This document shows positions 12,194 through 24,169 of a stretch of DNA of 64,000 nucleotides, in pieces. A program made the translations under genes and the position numbers. Source of the stretch: Octopus sinensis. Its lineage: Eukaryota. The stretch covers positions 91,512,001-91,576,000 of the forward strand of contig NC_043006.1 of NCBI RefSeq assembly GCF_006345805.1, written 5' to 3'. A model generated the notes under the pieces. The model saw only the letters and a list, made by a program, of their open reading frames with translations, ran no database searches and had not been told where the DNA came from. The first letter of the stretch is position 1, and each line of letters opens with the position of its first letter.

Positions 12194-12708
12194 GCCCTGA
12201 TGCAGTACCAGGCAGTTGCTCTCATGGCTTCTGATCTTAACTGATTGGAAGTGTTATCATGTACATTGTTTTGTCTTGGTATAAAAGATGGGCTACAGCA
12301 AATATTCTGCTCAATACCACAGATTTGCTTGTCAGTTGTTTGACCTTAACCAGTTGACCATGTCCCTTAGTGGCTGACGATATGTGCATCTCTGATCACG
12401 AGCAGAAGTAGTGGGGGAGCATCATGGCCGTATGTTGAAAGGAATTCTTAGAGGTTTGGATGATTCACCTTTGGAAACACGGGTAGTTCGTTGAACATCC
12501 TTAAACAATCCTTGTTCAGGGACCTTTTGAGTGGGATGGGCTACTCGACCAGAAGAAAATGGGCCCCACCGGCAAGGTCATGTGCTGTTTATCTTGATAT
12601 GAGATCACCATGTCGCGTACATATGCTTGTGATGCATGTGCCTAGTGTACCCTTATCAGACGGGTAGTCATGATGGGTATATTGGGCTTTGTATATTTTA
12701 CCCCAGTG
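12194..12708 (+). mobile_element. Unclassified non-coding repeat associated with (AAT)n tracts
   Basis: Shares about 390 bp with the reverse complement of 28933-29362. Begins right after (AAT)n and has no ORF. Confidence 0.75.
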
Positions 12709-12799
12709 GCAGACAGTGGTTCTCATTCCTGATGTAGTGCCAGACAGTGGTTCTCATTACACAAACTAAAATTCTAGCAAGAGATTAAAAGTTTAGCCC

Positions 12800-13020
12800 C
12801 CAAAACTGCTCTGCTAGGGACAGCTAGGATTTTGAGGCTGGTACTTGGATGTTGAATGCCTCCCGCGATAATTAACAACCTAGTATCTAAGTTTTAATGT
12901 GCGGAAATAATAACCCCTCCTGTGAGACATCTGACAGCAGGCTGTTGTCTGCTCTTACAGAATCTACCAGAACAAGCGACGCCAAACGTTCTGAAAAGTA
13001 AAAGAATAATAATAATAATG
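12800..13020 (+). mobile_element. R4/Dong-type extreme 3' fragment, third subfamily
   Basis: KTALLGTARILRLVLGC* (stop 12853-12855), a distinct 3' UTR and an (AAT)n tail at 13005-13019. Confidence 0.7.
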
Positions 13021-13279
13021 AAACAGATTATTGTATACGATTCTCTTACGATTCTTCCAATTCGCAACACTAGTAATAATAGTCATAATAACTCCAACAA
13101 AAGATGGATTACAGAAAAAGAAAATAATCCTTATTAAAATAGAAAACACCAATGGGACAGCATCATTCCCCGTTGGTGTTTGATGCTTGTAAATTTAAAA
13201 CAGCTACATCAGACCGTTTGCAATTCCAAGCAAGAATCCTTCGACTCTTGTGCAAGAATCCTTCGACTTCAATTTGTTT

Positions 13280-13690
13280 GCAGCAGATGACAAGCAACTA
13301 GAAACTGTTATGTAGTTCTGTAGCTTGCACGGATTCAGTAGAGATGTCAGCGTAAAATTTGATTTAGAGAATTGCGCAAACTGAATAAGGGAAATCTAAT
13401 AAAACTCAGCAATATCATTGTACATAACGAAATCGAGATGAGAGAATTAGACAAGAACCCAAAATTATTGAGGTATCAAAGAACAGGAGAGAGTACAGTA
13501 TAGCCAAATGAAAGCAGTAAAGATTAGAAATATTATAGTCGCATGAGATAAGTACTTAGAAGTGTGCGAAATGCTTAGAAGAAGATAATATGGATAAAAA
13601 CTCTATTGATCCATTAATAAGATAGAGTTATAATATTCTCAACTGGAAGTTGAGTGAATTAGCGAAACTAGATGGCGAAACAAAGAGCAA
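13280..13690 (+). mobile_element. Old degenerate R4/Dong RT relic
   Basis: Remnants LFAADDKQLETV, GFSRDVSVKFDLENCA and YNILNWKLSELAKLD parallel the 61300-61720 RT region. Many indels. Confidence 0.6.
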
Positions 13691-13908
13691 TAAAAGAAGA
13701 AAAATGTCTGTTCAGAAATATTACATAACCACGAATGTAGGAAGGCAAGTTCTTCTTCAGTCAGAATATTATTATTAAACATCATTTTATGATCACAAAA
13801 GCACCTAATAATAAGAATAGAGAGTATCAAGTACAAGTGCTTACAAAATATCAGAATTAAATGGAAACATAAATGCTGTAAAAGAAAGAAAAATATGTAC
13901 TTTTGTAC

Positions 13909-14293
13909 TCTAGGCACAAGGCCCGAAATTCTGGGGGAGTGGACCAGTCGATTAGATCGACCTCAGAACGCAACTGGTACTTAATTTATCGATCCCGAAA
14001 GGATGAAAGGCAAAGTCGACCTCGACGGAATTTGAAGTCCGAAGGTAGCGGCAGACGAAATACCTATTTCTTTATTTCCCACAAGGGGCTAAACACGGAG
14101 AGGACAAACAAGGACAGACATACGGATTAAGTCGATTATATCGACCCCAGTGCATAATTGGTATTTATTTAATCGACCCCGAAAGGATGAAAAGCAAAGT
14201 CGACCTCGGCAGAATTTGAACTCAGAATGTAGCGGCAGACGAAATACGGCCACGCATTTCGCCCGGTGTGCTAACGTTTCTGCCAGCACGCCC
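13909..14293 (-). mobile_element. SINE family A, head-to-tail dimer form
   Basis: tRNA-like head (A-box tggcagaaacgttag, B-box gagttcaaattc) and central GCTTTTCATCCTTTCGGGGTCGAT, with a second partial unit joined at 14063/14064. Confidence 0.85.
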
Positions 14294-15034
14294 CCTTAAA
14301 AAGAAAAATACAAAGCAAAAGTTAAAATAACGGGGCAATTGTAAACAGGAAATACCCTAATAACAACAAGTAAATATACTGATCGACTAAAGCATGACAC
14401 CTACTTACATTCTGTTGTGAACCTTTTAAAAATTCCATTATTAAAAAGTTAATACACCTAATTACTATTTTAAATGCAGGACTAAACTTTGAACGTTTGA
14501 CTTTACAGTAAAGGATTCAATCCAATAACATCAAAAATAGCTAAAAATTGTATTGGCACACTGGCTGATCAATAAAACTTATTTCGCACCTCCGTTTTGT
14601 GGACACTTAAAAAACCACCTCATGACCCGATGGGGACATGTTCACATCTAATGTAAAGTTCTACATGCAATAATAAATTCTGAACAATAACATAAACCCA
14701 AATTTAATCAATAAAAAATTTTCTCCAAAGCACATCCCCAAGGAAGATTTGAACTTAAGAGACTATAGAAAACCAAAATTGACTTCAAGTCCGACGATGG
14801 CTGATGGCCAAACCTTCGAAGTCACTGTCAAAAATATTCTTGTTTAAGAAGAACAATTTGAACTTTACAATAGTATAGAGTAATCCTTTAGATGAATATA
14901 AAAGTTACTTGTTTATTTATTTTTTTTTCTAAAATTTTCGTTGCTTCTTGCGACCTCCTTTGTGGTTGCTAACTCTGTCCGTTATCGGAGCTGCGTTCTT
15001 TTTTGTTTGTTTGGGCGCATGTGTATATACATAC

Positions 15035-15065
<31 letters not shown>

Positions 15066-15609
15066 TGTGTGTGAGTGTGTATGCATATATTTATGTATGC
15101 TTGTGTGTAGGTTTGTGTATGTGTATTCTGCTTATTCATTGTTCTTAATATATCGGAACATAAAAATAATATATGTATGTATGTACTGTGAGAGAGAGGA
15201 GGAGGAGAGAGAGTGGGAGTGAGAGGGAGAGAGAAGGATAGAGAGGGAGAGAGGTTTCAACTGATATAAATCATAGCACAACCTACCTCCTGCTGAGTTG
15301 CTGTGCACTCTTAATGATCAGGTGTATCGCACAAAGATTAAATAAAAATTGTGACTACGATTATGTGCGTCTTACGCTCTTTATCAGAAGGACTGAAGGA
15401 AAAAGTGATTGTGTGTGTGTATGTATGTATGTATGCATGTATCTGTGTATGTATGTATGTATCTATCTAATTGTGTATTCGTGTGTGTGTATGTGTGTAT
15501 GGGTGTATGCCTACATATATACACACTGCACATTCAAGCATACATATAGTGTAAAAAAACATTAACTATACAATGTGTTGACAGCTAAGCCAAAAATGAT
15601 CAAACCAAA

Positions 15610-15647
15610 CTATGTGTGTGTGTACATATATATGTATGTATGTGTAT

Positions 15648-15727
<80 letters not shown>

Positions 15728-15805
15728 CATATATATATATATATATATATACCCATATATATATACATACACACACACACATATATATATGTATGTATGT
15801 ATATG
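15610..15805. repeat. (TA)n/(TG)n/(CA)n microsatellite
   Basis: Directly visible. Confidence 0.97.
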
Positions 15806-16210
15806 CGTAGCAAAGAAATATAAATTGGATTTTAATTGAGATATCAATATTTTAAATATTGTTATATTTTTGGCACGGTTCCAACTTTAAACAGCAAATT
15901 CTTGCTTCAACTCAAAACTGTCAATTCTCTGTAATTTTAAGTGTTGATAAAACAAGATTAATTTTGAATATAAGACAATATGTGATATTATTTATTAGTT
16001 TACTTAGATTTTTAAAATTTATTTTTTGTAATTCTATTTCTCATTTTCGTTTTCAACAGCTTTTAATAGGAAAATATGTAAGTACTTTTGCATGAATACA
16101 CACGCATATAGATATACACAAAGACACAGACAGACAGACACACACACACACAGACACACAGACACACACAGACACACATACACACACAGACACACAGACA
16201 CAGACAGACA

Positions 16211-16257
<47 letters not shown>

Positions 16258-16383
16258 AGAAGTATTTCTGGATTTGTATCTTACTTTATTTTATTTCCCC
16301 TAAGCCGATATATTTATAGAAACACGGGGCGCCATTATGACGTACTGCGAGTCTTAGGCTCTTTCAGACTTTGCAGTATCCAT

Positions 16384-16434
<51 letters not shown>

Positions 16435-16660
16435 ATATATATATATGCTTTTAAATCTCTTTAACAATTCCCAATAATGACTTTTATTACTTTTATTCCT
16501 ACCTCAGTTCATCTAATTGTATACATCTATCGTTACTTTTCATAAAAAGGCCTTTACTTTTTTTGATTTCCAATGTGCAACTTCGCTTATTTTTCTTCTT
16601 CCCCTTACATTTCCACATGTAGTTTCTATTTTCTTTTGGTAACATTGTATTTCACTACAC

Positions 16661-19600
16661 GTGAGATTGAAAATACCACAAACACCAAACTCTACAGTAA
16701 AAACTCTCAACGAAGAGACTCTTAAAGAACTGAAAGAGATCAACACGAATTTGAGACTTTTAATTAGCAAGATCGATGAACTCACTCACATGACACAAGA
16801 GGCAAAAGAAAAAGAAGAGAAAGAACAATCGCTGGAACAACTCAATCAACATTTGTCCGAATTATGCACCACTCTTCATTCTTTACCTCATAATAATTAT
16901 TTAAATGAAAATCCTCCTACAGATGATACACAAGATAGAACCCCCACCACGCTTACACTATCAATTAAAAACCGCATTATCCATATATGGAATGAAAAAC
17001 TTAAAGGCAGAAAATTTTCTTTCGGGAATACGATTAAAAACAACCACAAGGCAGAAATTCATGAACGCTGGCTAAATTCTACACCAATAATTTTGCCTCA
17101 TAAATTCCAAATTAAACCCATTCCAAACGAGGAGAACCAAGAAAGACAATTAAGGGAGAAACTAACACTGGAAAAAATGAAGACAGAAATAGAACTCCTT
17201 ATGCTTAGAGTGCTAAGCAATGAAGAGAAATTTGAAGACATCGATGAGGAAATCTGCAACGAATTAAAGAAACATTCGGATGGCCAAAGCTTGGAAAGTG
17301 TTTTTAAACTCTGGAAAACAACTTGCGAAGCTGAAGAAACCAACCCCCTGCAACGCTGGGAAAGACAAGCCAATTTATTAACTACGAAACACAGTTCAAC
17401 ATCGAAACCTCGACTATCCTAAACTTTTCGGAACCAATACCTACCAATCTACCCCCATCATCTCACAATCAATCGAAGAATTTACCTCCGAGACTTAAAC
17501 CTCAACATGGTTACTTCAGTCATTCAACTAAACATAACCTAACTAGACAACATAACTTCTCCTTCCATCCACATTACAATATTAAAAATAAATTTAACCC
17601 AAACCTCATCAACCATAGACAATAAAACAACCTTCAGTACAACCATAATCTAGTCCACTACACAGTCACTCCACCACAAGCATACTACCACAGACACACT
17701 TTACACCCATTTTCTCCTCAGCAAACCAAACACAATACAGACTTTCCACAACAATCCACCAACTACAACCATTTTGTAGACCTAAATCAGACAAACAGAG
17801 ATGTGAAATGGAACAAAATGTACAAGAACAACCGAAAATAAGCAACTTATCAAACAAAATCCTAAGTATTACACAAGCTAAAATTCTAGCAAGAGGTTTA
17901 AAGTTTACTCCAAACCCTCGTAGATCGAACCCGAATGAAATTAAGGATAACACTATGGATTTCTGCCGAATATTACGCCTCACCGAAGCATTTCACAATT
18001 ACACCAGCGAAGATAACTCAATAGTAAAAAACAAAAGCGTAAACTGTCCTACAAAAGGCAGAAATAAAGCACTTGATGCTTTTTGTGAACACATTACCAG
18101 TTTTCCTTTTAATACCCTACAAAGACAACGAATTAAATCCAACCTTAATGTAAATGAATTGAAAGACCTAATCGAGATAAAAAAATGATATAAATCTCAC
18201 CATTAAAGAAGCCGGCAAAGGAAGTGCGGTAGTGGTGATGGACACAAAGTACTACAAAATTTTAATACAACTCACAGAAGACACTTAAAAGTATTTATTT
18301 AATCGACAATACAACTCACAGAAGTACAATACAAGAAGACACTTAAAAACTTATCCTCCTTTCTTCAAATACATAGAAGGAGCCTCACTAAAAATGAAAT
18401 TGACTATCCAGTTTTAAATACAGACTTAGTTTATTCTACGGATTACCTAAAATACACAAAAATCTACATATTTGTAAAGCTTGCAAAGTTTCTCCACGCC
18501 TATGCATTAATGTTCCTCTCCCTACTGACCTCAGAGACCCATTACTGGCCCTGCTTGTGAAACCCACCGTTTGAGCAACTTCCTCGGCATCTTACTCAAA
18601 CCGTTTCTAAAATATGTGAAAAGCTTCATCAGGGATGACTTAGACATGCTTAACCACCTCCCGAAGACAATAAATGAAGGAACCCTGTTAGTATCATTCG
18701 ATGTGGTGAATTTGTACACCAATATTCCACACGATTATGGTATAGAAGCGATCACCTTCTGGCTAGAAAAATACCCAGAAGAGATCCCAGGACGCATCAA
18801 CCACAGATTGATAATCGCAGCACTCAAATTCATCCTACTGAACAACTATTTCATGTTCGATACAGTTTACTATCGACAAAAATGTGGAATTGCAATTGGA
18901 ACCCGAGCTGCTCCAGTGATTGCAAACCTTATAATGGGTTAACTAGAACTTAAAATATATCAATCATCACTACAAAAATACGGCACCTCATTTCATTGCT
19001 ATTTAAAAGAGAACTGGAAGAGGTATTTGGACGACTGCTTTATACTTTGGAAAGACAGCATGGACAAACTCCTCGATTTCAAAATAATGCTTAAGAATAT
19101 TAATAGCAACATAAAATTCACCATGGAGCACAACAGTAAACAACTCCCTTTTCTTGACATCCTAATTAAAATAACCACATCGAAACATGGTCAATAACCA
19201 CATCGAAACAGACATCTATAAACCCACAGATTCTAAACAATACCTATTATTCAACTCATGCCACCACAAACACATAAAAATTAATATACCTTATAATCTA
19301 GCGAAAAGAATCTGTGCCATAGTTTCGGACACCTATACTCGTGAACGAAGTTTCCTTGAACTCAGATCAATAATAATCGAAAGATATTACCCAATATCAT
19401 TAATAAATGATTGCATTAAACGAGCTAAGGAAATAGATATACGAACATTAAGGGCAGTCAACCGAAACACTACGCCAGACTTTAAAATACTCCTATAAAT
19501 CTCCACACATAACCCTAGAAACAACGAAGCCTTCAACATTATCAACCAAAATCTTCCTATCTTCACAGGAGATAAAACAATGAACAAAATTTTAGGCTCT

Positions 19601-19875
19601 CACAAAATTATCAAAAGCAAAATGCAACCGAAATCACTAAAAAAAATATTAACTAGCGCAAGATTAACAGATTAACAGATCAAAAATTGAAAAAATATGG
19701 TCGACCTAACTGTGGTACATGCCCCACCTTTTGGAGGGTTCAGACTTCCACTTTAAACAAGGTGAAATATTTAAGATTAAATCAAATTTCATCTGTGTCT
19801 CGGAAAATCTAATCTTTACCGTTACATGCTTAGGGTGTGGTAATAACTATATTGGCCAAATAGGAATATCAGTCC
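16661..19875 (+). pseudogene. Penelope-like element ORF (long N-terminus, RT, Cys linker, GIY-YIG endonuclease), disrupted
   Basis: Ordered motifs: ILARGLKFTP, IKEAGKGSAVVVMD, RPITGPAC, LVSFDVVNLYTNIPH, GIAIGTRAAPVIANL, RYLDDCFILW, LPFLDIL, PTDSKQYL, CGTCP linker, LIFTVTCLGCGNNYIGQ. Multiple stops and frameshifts; 3' end missing. Confidence 0.92.
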
Positions 19876-20123
19876 GTCGAGATGTCACTTTAGGCGTGAC
19901 TGACAGAGGCGACATCTGTGAGCTAAACACACATCCACATCTACAGTCGACCAAAATGACAGTGTGTCATTTTTGATTTGAAATTTCTATGAAGAAACGT
20001 TAGTTTCCGTCTGCGCGAAACGTTGGGCCTCAGAAAGTTGATCGTTGAAAAGTTAATCTTTTAAAAAGAATTGTTTATCCAACTTCTCGGTGTCGAACGA
20101 TTATTCTTCCTGTTCCTAATTAA

Positions 20124-20159
<36 letters not shown>

Positions 20160-20232
20160 TATGTGTGAGAACATGTGTCTGAGTGCATGTGCGTGAATGT
20201 GTGTGTGTGCATGTGTATGTAAGTGTGTGTGC

Positions 20233-20280
<48 letters not shown>

Positions 20281-20725
20281 GAGTGTATGTGTGTGTGTAT
20301 ATATACATAGACACACCCACCCACACACAAATATGAATGTGTGTGTGTTTGTGTGTGTAATATAGTATACATACGTATACACACGCACACGCATATAGAC
20401 TTTGATACGCACATATGCACATACATGCATACTTACATATATTTACATATGTGCACACATACGCACATACATACAAACATAATTACACACATACACACGC
20501 ATACATACGTATACTAAGACATATATACTCACATACACATATACACATATATGTACATACATGCATGAGTATATACTTAAACACACACTGATATGCAAAT
20601 TTAAATCTTCCGACTTACCTATCTATATAGTACCTACTTAACTGCCTGCCTTTCTCTCTCTCTCTTTCTCTGTTTGTCTATCTATCTGTCTATCTATCTG
20701 TCTATCTGTCTATCTATCTATCTCC

Positions 20726-20767
<42 letters not shown>

Positions 20768-20853
20768 CTATCTAACAATCTATTTGTCTGATGGTCTATT
20801 TGTCTATATTGCAAACTTACAGATATACAGGTACACACATACACACAGACATA

Positions 20854-20897
<44 letters not shown>

Positions 20898-21422
20898 AAC
20901 ACGTACATATTCTTTGAATGAAACAAAGAATTACATCACCACAGATAGGAGTTTGCGTCAGCAACGAGACGACTCGCTTGGAAAACTACGTTATCGATCT
21001 GAGCGCTTTACGCTGGATTGATTTACGAGTTACACATTTCCAAGTCTCGCGTTCAGAGCTATGTCACTATATAAACTGTGCGAAATTGATTGATTAGGAA
21101 AACCGAAATTCTTGTCAATCGCCCCTCCACTATTCAACGTCATCAGAACGTTCTGAATACTTTTCTTTATGGCTACTAATACTACTACTGCTGCTGCTGT
21201 TGCTGCTGTTGCTGCCGCCGTGGCTGCTGTTCTAGAACCGGCTGCTACTTACTTTTCTATGCCATTCCGCCACTGCTGCTGCTGCTGCTGTCTCCTGGCT
21301 CTCAGACTATTTACATTGGTTTTGTTTGTGTTGTTGTACCGCTGCAGCTGACAAACACTCTTTTACCTATTCACATCCTGGCGTTGTTATACTACTACTA
21401 CTACTACTACTACTACAATAAT

Positions 21423-21628
21423 GGTTTGGAATTTTGGCAGAGGGTCAACAGTTTCGAGGGAGGGGGCTAAGTTGATTGAATCGACCCCAGTGCTCGACAT
21501 TATCGACCCCCGAATGGATGAAATACAAAATCAACCTCAGCGGAATTTGAACTCAGAACGTAAAGAAGACGAAGTGCCGCTAAACATTTCCCCCGGCCTG
21601 CTAACGATTCTGCCAGCTCCCCGCCTTC
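21423..21628 (-). mobile_element. SINE family A
   Basis: Reverse complement of the family A head, central domain and tail. Confidence 0.8.
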
Positions 21629-21671
21629 CAGTAATAATAATAATAGTAATAATAATAATAATCCTTTCAAT

Positions 21672-21840
21672 AATAAGCACAAGGTCTGAAATTTGGAGTA
21701 GGGGTACAGTCGATTAATTTATCAACGCTGAAAGGATGAAAAGTAAAGTCGACCTCGGCGGAATTTGAATTCAGAACGTAGCGACGGGCAAAATACCGCT
21801 AAGCATTTCGTCGTGCTAACAGTTTTGCCAGCTCACCACT
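21672..21840 (-). mobile_element. SINE family A
   Basis: gaaaggatgaaaagtaaagtcgacctcggcggaatttgaattcagaacg..ctaagcatttcg..gccagctcacc on plus. Confidence 0.8.
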
Positions 21841-21844
21841 TTCC

Positions 21845-21886
<42 letters not shown>

Positions 21887-21887
<1 letters not shown>

Positions 21888-22200
21888 TGAGCAACTATGA
21901 CAAATTGAAGTGGGCAAATAGGTAGATTGTGGGCAATGAGGAGAATGTGTATGATATCAATAGTGATTGGCGCGCTTGGAAGTATCAGCACTCATCTTTC
22001 AGCATGGCTCAAAAAAGATTGGTACAAACATAAAGAGAGAACACCTACAAAAATCATCATTGCTTGGAACTGCAAGAGTTCTTCGCAGAGTTCTTGAAGC
22101 ATGACCAATAAGCAAGTGTCACCTTAGTCTGCTGGCTGTGGACAGCAGACACTTTCCATCATACTCAGCAAAATAAGCTGAGAGTTTTCATCAAGTAATT
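21887..22200 (+). mobile_element. R4/Dong-type 3' fragment, same subfamily as 11464-11755
   Basis: Follows (AAT)n at 21846-21886. Translates LSNYDKLKW..IVIGALGS..LQKSSLLGTARVLRRVLEA* and its 3' UTR is nearly identical to 11670-11750. Confidence 0.82.
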
Positions 22201-22988
22201 ATAACGATTATTAGAGAACCTACAAATATTCCAACACAGGGCAACTTTCTTTCCAAACTTCAAATGATGATCATTTCCAGTAACCCCTACCTTTACCGAT
22301 TCCTTTGTTATCCTACATTTAAACCGTTACTTTGTCTATGAAAATGTGCCTCGAGCGTACATTCTCATGAATCTGGAACGTCTCCAGGTTTCCGAGGCGC
22401 TTCGGGACTCAATGCATGTTTCGTCTCTGATTGTGATGCCTGTCTGTTGCAGGCTTAATTTCTAAGTTGTTGCTCGGACTTTATTACAGTTGAGCAGAAT
22501 AAAAAGACAGGAAATGAAGTGCTTAGCTCAAGAACATAATGCATCGCTTGGTCCGAGAATCGAAATCGCAACCTAGCGAAGGTGAGACCAATAACTTAAT
22601 TACCAGTCCAAAGGCTTCAGGCTGTGGTTATATTAAAATACATACTTTCTTATCTTAACCGAAATTTGACCAGAATCAACACTCACACACTCACTCACAT
22701 AAGTACACTCATACACACACTCACGCACATACACAAGTACATAAACACCCACCCACACTGAATCACTCACTCACGTGTTATGTATATCTCTCTGCTGGTT
22801 TCTATTAAATCTGTTACTTAGATGATCCACGACAGAACCCCACCTTCTCTTACCTGTCCACTTGTCCCTACCTGATAATCTTCCATGTATCACCTCTCCT
22901 CGTTAACCTAATTATCCCATTGATAAATTGCAAGTAATTTTCTTGCTAGCTACCCTTCTCACATTATATTATTATTAAATTTACATTA

Positions 22989-23175
22989 AGGTGGCAAGCT
23001 GGTAGAATCGTTGGCACGCTGGACGGAATACGTTCTGAGTTCAAATTCCAACTAGATCGACTTTGCCTTTCATCCTTTCTGGGTCGATTAAATAAGTACC
23101 AGTGAAACAGTGAGGTCGATGTAATTGAATTAACCCCCCCCCCATCTGCCCTTGTGGCAAAAATTTGAAATCATT
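22989..23175 (+). mobile_element. SINE family A
   Basis: ggtggcaagctggtagaatcgttgg..gagttcaaattcc..gcctttcatcctttctgggtcgatt..aaatttgaaatc(att)n. Confidence 0.8.
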
Positions 23176-23195
23176 ATTATTAAATTTGCAATGAA

Positions 23196-23520
23196 GGTGT
23201 GTGGCTCAGTGGTGAAGGTACTTCGGTTACAATCTTAAGGTCATGAGTTCTATTCCCGGCGGCGCGATTTATCCTTGGGCAAGACATTTTATTTCACGTT
23301 GCTCCAGTCCACCCAGCTGACAAAAATGTGTAGTAACTGTGTTTCAAAGGGCCAGCGTTATCACATTCTGCGTCGGACTGAATCTCCATGCGAACTTTTT
23401 TTAAATGTATGTGTGACTGTGAAGTGCTCAGCCACATTACGTTGATTTCACGAACAAGCTGTTTCATTCATCAGATCAACTGGAACCCTCATTGTCGTAG
23501 ACGACGGAATGGCAGTATTA
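23196..23520 (+). mobile_element. tRNA-derived SINE family C (CORE-like central segment)
   Basis: A-box tggctcagtgg, B-box gagttctattcc, then ccttgggcaagacattttatttcacgttgctccagtccac. Related copies at 24510-24712, 36255-36410 and 22505-22610. Confidence 0.75.
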
Positions 23521-24169
23521 AATTTACAATCATCTTTTCCCACCGTTTGAAGAAGTCATTTTTAACAAAACTTATATATTTTTCAAAATTTCTAAAAAAA
23601 TATTATCTTTGCAATTCGTATTGATTTATCCAAGATAATGTTTCAACTGGATTTAACACAATGCATCTTGAATGTAATGCATCCGATCAGTATGTCGTAG
23701 AAAACTACAGCAATGCAGTCAGATAATTCAACATAAATTCTAACAATATCAAACATAATGAAATGTTAGATTAATAGTAATCTTAATATTTCGAGTAGCG
23801 TACCCTTATCAAAAGTGTTAATAAGCAAGCGAGAAATATGTTCATTAGCCAGGCATGTAGGTTCTATGTGTATGTGGGAGAGTGGGAGGAGAAGATCGAA
23901 GAGTCCGGTATGAAGACTTGCGGCCAAAATCAATGTTACCAGGCTGACAAATGCTCGCACGTACGCGCACACAGACACACACAAACACACATACACACAT
24001 ACACACATACACGCACACACACAAATACAAACACATGTATGCGCATTTGCTCTAATATCCCAATGATATATTCCGTCAAATGCTACTGTTTCTCTTTGCG
24101 TCTGGTATCGAATCTCTTCTCCCACTCCGTCTCTATCGATCTCTCGCTACCTTCCACCCATATTATGTT

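Noticed and set aside
12374-12420. CUGACGA hammerhead core in the AAT-associated repeat
   Set aside because: No GAAA plus NUH at suitable spacing and no convincing stem II.
16330-16365. Minus-strand CTGAAAGAGCCTAAGACTCGCAGTACGTC hammerhead-like string upstream of the PLE
   Set aside because: The GAAAC motif is absent and stem II is mismatched; at most an unrecognisable relic.
16661-19875. Selenocysteine recoding in the PLE ORF (as known for some Naiad PLEs)
   Set aside because: Disruptions I checked are frameshifts and TAA-type stops, not TGA at conserved Cys positions.
19985-20035. TGAAGA..GCGCGAAACGTTGGG hammerhead-like string after the PLE
   Set aside because: Lacks the C of CUGA and has no pairing stem I or II.
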